DNA of 39,224 bases from a virus, in the UHGV virus genome UHGV-1366437, one strand, 5' to 3'. Below are positions 18,753 to 26,657 of the stretch, piece after piece (position 1 is the stretch's first letter; each line of letters starts with the position of its first letter). A program made the position numbers and the translations under genes. Below the pieces are notes generated by a model, which did not search any database, was not told the DNA's origin, and was given only the letters and a program-made list of their open reading frames with translations.

Positions 18753-20885
18753 TTAGATATCAAGAGGCGTTGCATACGGATTGATTGGAGTATCATTATA
18801 AAAAAGACCATTCGCAACCATCCTGATCTCTGAATTGTTATCAATTTCAAACACTCCCGATCCCATACTCAGAGACACATGATCCTGAGTCTGTACCTCA
18901 AAATCAAAAGACTCCACATGTACTTTCCTGCTCGAAAAACCAATCGTGATCGTGTCCGAATCAGAATCATATTTCAAAATATTATATCCGCTGTGGTCGG
19001 CAATACTCACATTCCCTCTGTAGTTCGAAAGATCAACGCTTCCGCTTCCTCCACCGCCAGAAGCATTCAGCGTATTACCCGAAAAACTCAAATTCGTGCC
19101 AATTCCGAGCGCACCATGTTTCCCGCCCAACTCAGTTACAGCATGTTCGGCAATATTATCCGTCGTAATCACATTTTCCGGTACCGAACCGCCGCTTCCG
19201 GCTTGGGCAACCGTGGCCGCATCCGTGGGAGCTGTGCCTGAAGCGACATTGAGAATTTTATGAGACCTCATGTCCAATCCTCCTTCATACAGGACCGCAG
19301 TCCTACCGGTAAACGCCAAGACTGGATCAGGTGATACTCCTGTAGTAGTCATAGCTTTTGCTGACAATTGAGCTCCATTAACTTCCCCGTTATTCATCAC
19401 TAACCAGCCATGGTAAACCCCATCTGCGGCTGTTGTCACTGCGCCTATTTGCACAGGCGTTCCTGTTTTCGTGTAATAAATACCGCTCTCATTGATGATG
19501 CCATTCTTGAACACGGCCTCACCGGCAGAAGTGAAATTGACTAATGTAGTTATACGGTTGGCATAGAAAATAGAATTTTTATCAAAACGCGCAAGTTGTA
19601 TACCAGTCTCATTATCAAATGACAGGTTACCAATATCCTGCATTTGAATGGTAATCGTTTTTTCGGTATTTGGATGGGTGAAAGTAATCCCGCCTTCCGT
19701 CACCATCCGAGTTTTGAAAGTGTTATTTCCCGTAAACACATTATCGCCATCCAACAGAGGAACATTCCTCAAAAGCCCCTGCATTTGAGAAAGGATACCC
19801 TCACAAGCCGTCTTGCTGTCCGCCGCCGACTTCGCACTGTTAGCCGCATTTGTTTCCGACGTTTTAGCGTTTGATGCTGACGTAGCCGCCGCTTTTTTGG
19901 AACTGTCCGCCGACGTCGCACTGTTAGCTGCATCCATCGCGCTATTAGCTGCCTCCGTTGCTTTAGAGGCCGCAGTCGCCGCCGCATTTTGTGCTGCCTC
20001 CACCTGATCACCAACCCCGGCAACCCCAGCCACCAAATCCGCCGCAATCTTTGCCTGGTTTGTGCTCACAACCGCACTATTTGCCGATGCTTGTGCCTGC
20101 TGATAAGCGAATTGTTTGAACAACTCACAATCCGCCCTACTGCTTGCCGCCGAAGTCGCCGCATCACTGGCCGTCTGAGCATACTGTTGACCGTAAGTCG
20201 CCCAATGCAGAGCCGAGTATTTAGCCGTCGCACCTGACCCAGTCACGGGTAAATCACGCGGGTTAATCGCCCATTTCTGAGCCAGTGATTCACTGTTTGC
20301 CGCATTCGTGGCCGATGTAGCAGCATTGTTTTTAGACTGTTCGGCGGCTTCCGCGCTGGACGCCGCATCGTTTGCCATGCCTGCCATCTCATCCATCTTG
20401 TCTGACATGATGTCATCCACCTGAGACTTGACCTCCTGTCCGAGTTCATCCTTGGTGACGTATGACGGCGCAGGCACAGGTACACCCTCATCACCCTTAA
20501 TGATGTCGTTTGAGACAACCAGCTTCAATAGCTTGGTCTTGTACACGGTATCCTTGCCTGAAAATTCGAACTGGGCATCCAGCGTCACAGACTTCTCATC
20601 GCCTATCAGGTTCAAGAGGTTTGTCGTATTGAGCTGCAGGACACCCTTGTAACAGCCGGATTCGTCCAAAACAAAAGTATCGCAGTACACCATAATCGGC
20701 TCACTGGAAGCATATTTCCCGGCTTCTTTCGCCCCGAACTTAATGGCAAGCCCCGGATCATACACTTTATCCCAGTTCGGGCCATGGAACCACACCTCCA
20801 ATTGCAACTTCTCCCCGCGCTGCAACTGCAACCTGCTCGGCTGCACATCCTCTAAATCATAGCATACGTCAATCTTCATCTTCAA
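18753..20885 (-). CDS. Long tail fibre protein (710 aa)
   Basis: N-terminal globular domain, a long Ala/Ser/Asn/Thr-rich coiled region with imperfect DNA-level repeats at 19815-19933, and a beta-rich C-terminal domain. Confidence 0.6.
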   Translation of the reverse strand: MKMKIDVCYDLEDVQPSRLQLQRGEKLQLEVWFHGPNWDKVYDPGLAIKFGAKEAGKYASSEPIMVYCDTFVLDESGCYKGVLQLNTTNLLNLIGDEKSVTLDAQFEFSGKDTVYKTKLLKLVVSNDIIKGDEGVPVPAPSYVTKDELGQEVKSQVDDIMSDKMDEMAGMANDAASSAEAAEQSKNNAATSATNAANSESLAQKWAINPRDLPVTGSGATAKYSALHWATYGQQYAQTASDAATSAASSRADCELFKQFAYQQAQASANSAVVSTNQAKIAADLVAGVAGVGDQVEAAQNAAATAASKATEAANSAMDAANSATSADSSKKAAATSASNAKTSETNAANSAKSAADSKTACEGILSQMQGLLRNVPLLDGDNVFTGNNTFKTRMVTEGGITFTHPNTEKTITIQMQDIGNLSFDNETGIQLARFDKNSIFYANRITTLVNFTSAGEAVFKNGIINESGIYYTKTGTPVQIGAVTTAADGVYHGWLVMNNGEVNGAQLSAKAMTTTGVSPDPVLAFTGRTAVLYEGGLDMRSHKILNVASGTAPTDAATVAQAGSGGSVPENVITTDNIAEHAVTELGGKHGALGIGTNLSFSGNTLNASGGGGSGSVDLSNYRGNVSIADHSGYNILKYDSDSDTITIGFSSRKVHVESFDFEVQTQDHVSLSMGSGVFEIDNNSEIRMVANGLFYNDTPINPYATPLDI

Positions 20886-21195
20886 TCAGTGACTTGTTGG
20901 CCGCCTGAGCCAAAACACAGGTCGGGCATTTGTTAATAAGCTGAGTCATCAACTCTTCAATCCGGGCATCCTTGCGGTTCAGTCTCTCCTGAAACTCTTC
21001 TCTCTCAGCCTTCATCTGCTTCTCGTGAAATTCGCGTGATTCCTTCTGGGATCTTATCACGGTTGTAACAATCCAGGCCATCGTACCCAATGCTCCGAAC
21101 CCGGCAAATTCGGAAAGGATAGGCATATCCGTTACCACACTGCTCACGCCAGCAGCGGATGCCATAATCCAGGTCATTGTACAGATGTTCGTCAT
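20869..21195 (-). CDS. Putative holin (108 aa, two TM helices plus a charged coiled C-tail)
   Basis: Two hydrophobic segments (WIMASAAGVSSVV, FGALGTMAWIVTTVI) followed by a highly charged C-terminus. It sits next to the amidase gene. Confidence 0.45.
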   Translation of the reverse strand: MTNICTMTWIMASAAGVSSVVTDMPILSEFAGFGALGTMAWIVTTVIRSQKESREFHEKQMKAEREEFQERLNRKDARIEELMTQLINKCPTCVLAQAANKSLIEDED

Positions 21196-21713
21196 TGTAA
21201 GTAATCCTTAATACCCAAAGCAATTTGCTGGGCGATTGTGTTAGGTGCCGTGCGCATGATTTCGGCATCATAGAAGTTACTGATAAAGCCGCATTCGACG
21301 AGCACCCAAACGGGTTTGGTTTGCTTCAGGACGGCGAGATTTTCACGCTTGACGGTCTCCTCTGCGCGTCCCGGAAGGATTCTGCAAAGCCTGTCGGCGA
21401 TGGATTTTGCCGCTTTTTGACCGGATGCCGAGTAGTAGCAGACGTGGGCACCATGTGCATTCGGATTGTCGGAGCAATCGCAATGGATGCTGATACCCAA
21501 CTCATAACATCCCTCATTGGCGGCTTTGATTGTCTTATTCAGGTCGTCGGAATTCGAGAGTTTAGGAAAGTCGATGACATCCGTCTTATGCCCCATTTCT
21601 TCCAGCATCACAGCTAAGTGGGTGCCTATCTTCGTTGCCACAGCATGTTCTTCCAACCCATTGCCGAGTGCTCCCGTTCCTTCCGCGTGTCCTATATCAA
21701 TTGCAATTTTCAT
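21192..21713 (-). CDS. N-acetylmuramoyl-L-alanine amidase (endolysin, Amidase_3-like); start taken at MKIAIDIGH
   Basis: The MKIAIDIGHAEGTGA zinc-binding start is typical of MurNAc-LAA amidases. The ORF track extends to 21785, but that extension overlaps the intergenic inverted repeat. Confidence 0.6.
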   Translation of the reverse strand: MKIAIDIGHAEGTGALGNGLEEHAVATKIGTHLAVMLEEMGHKTDVIDFPKLSNSDDLNKTIKAANEGCYELGISIHCDCSDNPNAHGAHVCYYSASGQKAAKSIADRLCRILPGRAEETVKRENLAVLKQTKPVWVLVECGFISNFYDAEIMRTAPNTIAQQIALGIKDYLQ

Positions 21714-21832
21714 AAATTGAACATGTAAGCTTTTCTTACAAGTTGCCCCGGCCTGAACGCGTTTTTGTGCAGTCTGTCCGACCACACTACAGGCCGGGGC
21801 TTTTCTCTCTCTTTTGCACTATTCCGAGAAAA

Positions 21833-22279
21833 TCACTTGCCCTTTTGAACAATCACGGGGGGATCAATGATGCTTGGCGTCGGCTGGCTGAAGCTGAAGA
21901 AGCCCTTGCGTATCACCATGGCGGAACCATCTTTAGTGATAACAGTGGCATCCGGTGTAACGTGGACATCATGCCCGCACCCGGTAAGTCCCAGGGTGGC
22001 CAGTCCGCCAATAACGGCAGCCGCAAGCCACAGCAGGATCTTTTTCAAGCCCGATTCGCCATCGGCTTTGCTGCCAAGGTAGTCTTTAATGTCTCCAAGA
22101 GCGTACTTGCCGATGATCGGAAGTGACTTTTGAGCAAGCACTTTGATTGCATTTCGTTGGGTTTCAGTCAGCTCACCCCAAGGCTTCCACGGCTTTTCAA
22201 CAGCGTTTTCAGCAGCTAGGACGGCGTAAAACTCCTTGGCAATGGCCTCGGTATGGTCGCATTTCGTAGTCATGACCAT
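21833..22279 (-). CDS. Lysis-associated membrane protein (148 aa) with an in-frame internal lipoprotein signal (MKKILLWLAAAVIGGLATLGLTGC if started at a TTG)
   Basis: The ATG at 22279 is 18 nt downstream of the conserved motif. Residues 76-100 form an n-h-lipobox (LTGC) signal followed by a 46-aa Pro-containing tail, which resembles an o-spanin. Confidence 0.45.
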   Translation of the reverse strand: MVMTTKCDHTEAIAKEFYAVLAAENAVEKPWKPWGELTETQRNAIKVLAQKSLPIIGKYALGDIKDYLGSKADGESGLKKILLWLAAAVIGGLATLGLTGCGHDVHVTPDATVITKDGSAMVIRKGFFSFSQPTPSIIDPPVIVQKGK

Positions 22280-22297
22280 ATCATGACCATATCTCCG

Positions 22298-22321
22298 AAA
22301 ATAAAAAATACACCGTTGTCC
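22298..22321 (-). promoter_or_regulatory. Conserved 24-nt motif copy 2, between the large terminase stop and the lysis cassette
   Basis: Identical to 16962..16985. It lies 18 nt upstream of the ATG at 22279. Confidence 0.5.
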
Positions 22322-22322
22322 A

Positions 22323-23987
22323 TTATCTCCACTTCAGCCGCAAAGCACCGGGGCCAGTCTTCGGCGTCTTATGCTTCGCGTTGACCATCCCAGATTGGTA
22401 TGAGTCCACAAAGCCATTTGCAAATGCCTCGGCAAAAGTCCTGAACGCATCCGCAGAATGAGAACAAATATCATGCAAGGGCATTTCCCGCATCACCCCA
22501 TTAGTTCCCGGAGGCTGAGATCTGTAATTCATCAGAGCATTCAGCCCTGAAATATACTCAACACCATTAGCAACAACAGGTTCACCACATCGTTCATGAA
22601 ATACGCAATCCTTCAACAAGTCTCTTGTCGAGCTAATGCCCTGCCAAATATCCGGAGTCCGCGGAACAACCTTTGTTATGAATCCCGCTTCCTGCAGACG
22701 TTGTTCAAAGCTTGTCTTTTCCCAATCTCTCTTAACAGCATCATGAGGGAGGAAAACCCGTCGGATCATTCCGTACTTGCGCTCCCACTCACGCAGAAGC
22801 TGGACATAAAATCCTAAACCTTCGTTACTTGCCTGAAAGTGATCAAGCACTCGATGTTCCGTCCTCATTTCCTGAAAAGCCCAGATAGACATTGAGTCAC
22901 TCATCCCGATATCAAACGACACGTAAAAGGGAGCCATTTTGTCAAACTCAAACCGGCAATTAAGCCGTCCCTGCTCGCTCAATTGGCTGAAAATCGCTCC
23001 ATAAATCGCGCCTTCGGCTTGACGATCAAAAGCTTCTTGCGGGGTACTCGGATACTCCTGACGCATCGAATACCCCTGTGTCCTCTCCATCGACACATAC
23101 CAGGCAATCTGCTCCATCGACAACTCAATCCCAGCCTCCTTCAGGCTCGCAAAATACCTCCTCTGATCCTCCGTCATCCTTACCTCTCCATTGACAGGCA
23201 ATTGATATTCAGGACTTCTCCACCACGGGAAAAAGAAAAACTTGAAATCCAACTGCGACAAATCCCGCCCCGACATTTCCATCGCCTTTTTCGTCATCTC
23301 GTAGTTGAGACCAAATCTTCCCCCTTCGTGCGTCGATTCGCGAATAACAATCCCATCAACAGGCACAGAATTAATGGCTCCAGTCAGAATTTCCCTTGCT
23401 CTCATCGGGTCATGGATTGAAACATAGCCCATTTCCGACACATGAAGAAGCTGGAGAGTTCTTCCACGCATCGACATTCCGACTTTAACAGACGACCCAT
23501 TTTTGAAGCACATCTCGGTTTTGCTTTTCGATTCAACCGGGCACCACTTTTTTATCTCCGCTCCAACATGAGCCAAAGCAATATCCTCATCAGTTGGATC
23601 CATAGGGAGATAGTCAAGCATGTCGTATGCCAGATTAATCTTCCCAAGCTTCTGCTGCGCATCCGGAATTGTCCTGTCAATAATTCCTGCTGAAAAATTG
23701 GAATTATAAATCATAGCATCAAGAATCAGCAACGCGATCAAGGTCGAAAACCCAAGCTGACGAGCCTTCAAGATATCATTCCTGTACCAGATGCTGTCAT
23801 AAAAACTCTCCTGTTCATCCTTCATCCGGAAGCGAATCAACTGCCCGTTCTTGTCAGTGATCCAATAAAGATGGTTCAGTCTCCATTTCCTGTCTTCCAG
23901 GAGTTCTTTAAGTTGCTCAGACTCGCTCATGGTTCTTTTTGATGATAGGACTCGATAAAATTCCAGCCAGCACGGAGCCGACCACAC
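22323..23987 (-). CDS. Terminase large subunit (554 aa; alternative start at 23930)
   Basis: Immediately downstream of the small subunit. Walker-A-like ARQLGFST, Walker-B-like LLHVSEMG, and a C-terminal nuclease-like region with acidic residues. Confidence 0.6.
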   Translation of the reverse strand: MWSAPCWLEFYRVLSSKRTMSESEQLKELLEDRKWRLNHLYWITDKNGQLIRFRMKDEQESFYDSIWYRNDILKARQLGFSTLIALLILDAMIYNSNFSAGIIDRTIPDAQQKLGKINLAYDMLDYLPMDPTDEDIALAHVGAEIKKWCPVESKSKTEMCFKNGSSVKVGMSMRGRTLQLLHVSEMGYVSIHDPMRAREILTGAINSVPVDGIVIRESTHEGGRFGLNYEMTKKAMEMSGRDLSQLDFKFFFFPWWRSPEYQLPVNGEVRMTEDQRRYFASLKEAGIELSMEQIAWYVSMERTQGYSMRQEYPSTPQEAFDRQAEGAIYGAIFSQLSEQGRLNCRFEFDKMAPFYVSFDIGMSDSMSIWAFQEMRTEHRVLDHFQASNEGLGFYVQLLREWERKYGMIRRVFLPHDAVKRDWEKTSFEQRLQEAGFITKVVPRTPDIWQGISSTRDLLKDCVFHERCGEPVVANGVEYISGLNALMNYRSQPPGTNGVMREMPLHDICSHSADAFRTFAEAFANGFVDSYQSGMVNAKHKTPKTGPGALRLKWR

Positions 23988-24411
23988 TCACAGTTGTCTC
24001 CACCTTCTCCGGCTCATAAGCACCGTCCATACGATTTAGCTCTTGTATAGCCTGAATTTTTGAAGGCATTTTGTACTTCGTGGACGAAAATGTGTCCCCT
24101 TGTGTCTCTGTGTACTCCTGACACAGATCTGACTCACCATCAACGGAATTGATAGGAGTTCTAACCACACGGGACAGCCATTCCATGCGTTCCTGCTTGC
24201 TCATAATGGCTTTTTTGTCCAATTCGGCGTTTAATTCATCAATATAGCGACAAATTTCATCATCCTTGGACAACCTGCTTGCCGCCTTAGATGCCGCCGG
24301 ATTGCTCAAATCCTTGCGCTTGAACGCCTTACGATATGCGTCCGGTTTGGACAATCTGTCCTCGACCAAGAGTCTGCAAAACTCCCTCTGCTTATCCGTC
24401 AATCCTGCCAT
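23917..24411 (-). CDS. Terminase small subunit (Terminase_2 / P27 family)
   Basis: The N-terminus LTDKQREFCRLLVEDRLSKPDAYRKAFKRKDLSNPAASKAASRL is the characteristic helix-turn-helix of P27-type small terminase subunits. Confidence 0.7.
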   Translation of the reverse strand: MAGLTDKQREFCRLLVEDRLSKPDAYRKAFKRKDLSNPAASKAASRLSKDDEICRYIDELNAELDKKAIMSKQERMEWLSRVVRTPINSVDGESDLCQEYTETQGDTFSSTKYKMPSKIQAIQELNRMDGAYEPEKVETTVSVVGSVLAGILSSPIIKKNHERV

Positions 24412-24697
24412 CGAACAACCTCCTTACAAAGCCATCGCCCTGCTCACTGAGCCTCCACACACGGGCCATCTTCGTTGCAGTCGTCGCCACACCAGACGGC
24501 ACCACATCCCCAATCTCACAGAGCCTCTTGACCGTCTTAACCACACCTTCGGCGCTCAGCCCCGTCAATCCCCCGATCTCCTGCACCGTAGAGGGTGCAA
24601 TCGCCAGCACAGACAGCACCTGCACCTGGCTAAGCGTCAGACCACTAGCACGCGCTCGGCGCAATAACTCACAAAAATCAGAACTCCCGAATATCAT
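24392..24697 (-). CDS. Winged-helix (MarR-like) DNA-binding protein (101 aa)
   Basis: LTLSQVQVLSVLAIAPSTVQEIGGLTGLSAEGVVKTVKRLCEIGDV matches the wHTH pattern. Confidence 0.45.
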   Translation of the reverse strand: MIFGSSDFCELLRRARASGLTLSQVQVLSVLAIAPSTVQEIGGLTGLSAEGVVKTVKRLCEIGDVVPSGVATTATKMARVWRLSEQGDGFVRRLFDGRIDG

Positions 24698-24799
24698 AAC
24701 AAAATGATACCCGGGAGTCCTTCAAGTTCAATTCACCAATATACGGCGGTATTCATGCCACATGGTGAGATTTAACTACAATAAATCTGCTCTGCGATT

Positions 24800-25315
24800 T
24801 CAGATTCTGTGTTCTTTTTTAAGTTTTTCCATGTATTGCAAAAGTTTTGTTTTATGCAATGTAAACCTAACAGTCGCATAAAAAACATATTCACAAAGAA
24901 TACCGCTTTCAAACAAAACAATTTCTAATTTATATCCATCAATAAAAATATATTTTCCTCTTATATATTCTGTTATAAAAACCAACCATTTGTCCGCTTC
25001 ATCTTTTTTGTCAGTAGCGATAAGAATCTCTCCGTGTAAAAGTGGATTTTTTAGTATGTATTTGACTAATGAATCAACATACGATTTTATCCTATCTTGC
25101 GTTGCAATTGTATCAACTGTTTCGTTGTCAGATTTTTTAGCATCAGCTACTACAAAACGTGTTGGATGATTCTTATCCCCTATAACCAGGCCCGCAGCAT
25201 CAGGCATAATGTCTTCACCGAGATTTAAATTCTTTGTACCTCGAGTATCCGCAGTACCGCCAAAAACAACATCAACGATAGAGGCAACTATTTTTTCATG
25301 TTTAGAACCAGGCAT
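24800..25315 (-). CDS. Stand-alone PD-(D/E)xK nuclease-fold protein (171 aa) in an AT-rich (about 33% GC) insertion
   Basis: The motif GEDIMPDAAGLVIGDKNHPTRFVVADAKK contains E...PD...(17 aa)...DAK, the canonical restriction-endonuclease-like core. Local GC is about 20 points below the flanking DNA. Confidence 0.45.
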   Translation of the reverse strand: MPGSKHEKIVASIVDVVFGGTADTRGTKNLNLGEDIMPDAAGLVIGDKNHPTRFVVADAKKSDNETVDTIATQDRIKSYVDSLVKYILKNPLLHGEILIATDKKDEADKWLVFITEYIRGKYIFIDGYKLEIVLFESGILCEYVFYATVRFTLHKTKLLQYMEKLKKEHRI

Positions 25316-25353
25316 ACTCGCAGAATACCCCCATCATGTTCATTCATGCAACA

Positions 25354-25389
25354 TAAAAAATGCCCCACCCAGAAAACCCAGGTGAGGCA
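25354..25389 (-). terminator. Rho-independent terminator after the tandem-HTH gene
   Basis: Minus strand GCCTCACC-tgggttttctg-GGTGGGGC followed by ATTTTTTAT. Confidence 0.5.
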
Positions 25390-25412
25390 TAACACTTTTA
25401 CAACTCAGATAC

Positions 25413-25898
25413 TTACTTCGCCTCGGAATACGTCGTTAACCGGGCTTGTCTCTCATGATGTAAACGTTCTAACTCTATGATAGAATATCCGCTGACCTCC
25501 CTGATCCCGCGCCTGCCCCTCACGCGAAACTTGCGCTCCGTCAACCTACCGTGAGTCACAAGATAGTAGAGCCGCGCCCTGATTACTCCGAGCATCACCT
25601 CCGCCTCACGGGTTGATACCCACCCATTCGGCAGCCCCTCGACAAGATCAGGTCTGGAGTTGGCGAGAGAATTAACCTTGTGCCTGTTCCAATACAGGAC
25701 GCCCTTAACACTCACGCAACGCACCTTGTGCCTGGCAAGATACGCGCGTACCCCGCTCATGCTTATCCCAAGCAATCGCGCCGCATCCCTCGTCGTCATG
25801 CCCCAGTCTGGCGGTTCGCTCATTGATTCACTCACCTTCACCTTGCGCCGCGGAGGGTCGGGGAAGATAATACCTGGATGATTAATCCGTTCAGTCAT
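25413..25898 (-). CDS. DNA-binding protein with two tandem excisionase/MerR-type HTH repeats (161 aa)
   Basis: Two similar segments, TTRDAARLLGISMSGVRAYL and STREAEVMLGVIRARLYYLV, each followed by a basic wing. Confidence 0.4.
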   Translation of the reverse strand: MTERINHPGIIFPDPPRRKVKVSESMSEPPDWGMTTRDAARLLGISMSGVRAYLARHKVRCVSVKGVLYWNRHKVNSLANSRPDLVEGLPNGWVSTREAEVMLGVIRARLYYLVTHGRLTERKFRVRGRRGIREVSGYSIIELERLHHERQARLTTYSEAK

Positions 25899-25928
25899 TG
25901 CTATTCTCCTCTCTGTTTTTGTACTTAT

Positions 25929-26657
25929 TCACCTTGCACCTCCTTTTCGGTAGCTTCCCCAGTCTAGCGAAACAAAGCTTCCAGTGCCCTCGACTCTGGA
26001 CGCCACAGACCTCGGCAATGTCGCCACGGCATCATTGCCTACTTTGTTGGTCAGTATCAGCACCGGCATCATGTCGGCATACCGATGATCAATCAGCGTG
26101 TTCAGGATCATGTTTTCCCAGTCTCCAGCCGATCTATCCTGGATCTCATCAACAATCAGCAACGACACTTCCCGGAACTCTTCGAGATAGTCTTTCTCGC
26201 CAACTTCTGACTGCTTCGCCCAGGTCGCTTTTAACCCGCAGAAAAAATCAGCTGCCCGAACATATCGGACATCTCGCTTTCGTTCCTGCCAGACCTTGCC
26301 AATGGCAGCGGCCATCACCGTTTTCCCGGTTCCGCAGTCGCCAGCCAACACGGCAATACCCTTACCGTCCATGATCTCCAGGACTCGCTTCAGCTTCGCA
26401 TGCCACCCGTCGCCCTTCAGGTTTCCATGGCAGACAGCCTCCGCCTCACGTCGTCCAAAGCCAGCCCTGACAAGACGCCTGACATCTGGAGTGCCGTTCT
26501 CAGCTTCGTATCGCGCATTTTCTTCTGCTTCAACACGTCGGTTCAGCTCCTCAATGCGAGCAGCTTCATCGTCTGATATGGCATGCTCCATGAGCTTTTT
26601 CATCCGCTCTTCAAACCTTTGTTCTTCGAGTATTTTCTTTAGATCATTCATTCCCAT
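25929..26657 (-). CDS. DnaC/IstB-like AAA+ helicase-loader ATPase
   Basis: Walker A VLAGDCGTGKT and Walker B LLIVDEIQD. It sits directly downstream of the replication initiator. Confidence 0.7.
   Translation of the reverse strand: MGMNDLKKILEEQRFEERMKKLMEHAISDDEAARIEELNRRVEAEENARYEAENGTPDVRRLVRAGFGRREAEAVCHGNLKGDGWHAKLKRVLEIMDGKGIAVLAGDCGTGKTVMAAAIGKVWQERKRDVRYVRAADFFCGLKATWAKQSEVGEKDYLEEFREVSLLIVDEIQDRSAGDWENMILNTLIDHRYADMMPVLILTNKVGNDAVATLPRSVASRVEGTGSFVSLDWGSYRKGGAR

Noticed and set aside
22323-23987. Calling the large terminase family precisely (T4-like against Terminase_6 and others)
   Set aside because: Only loose Walker-like motifs are recognisable by eye. Family-level assignment needs a profile search.
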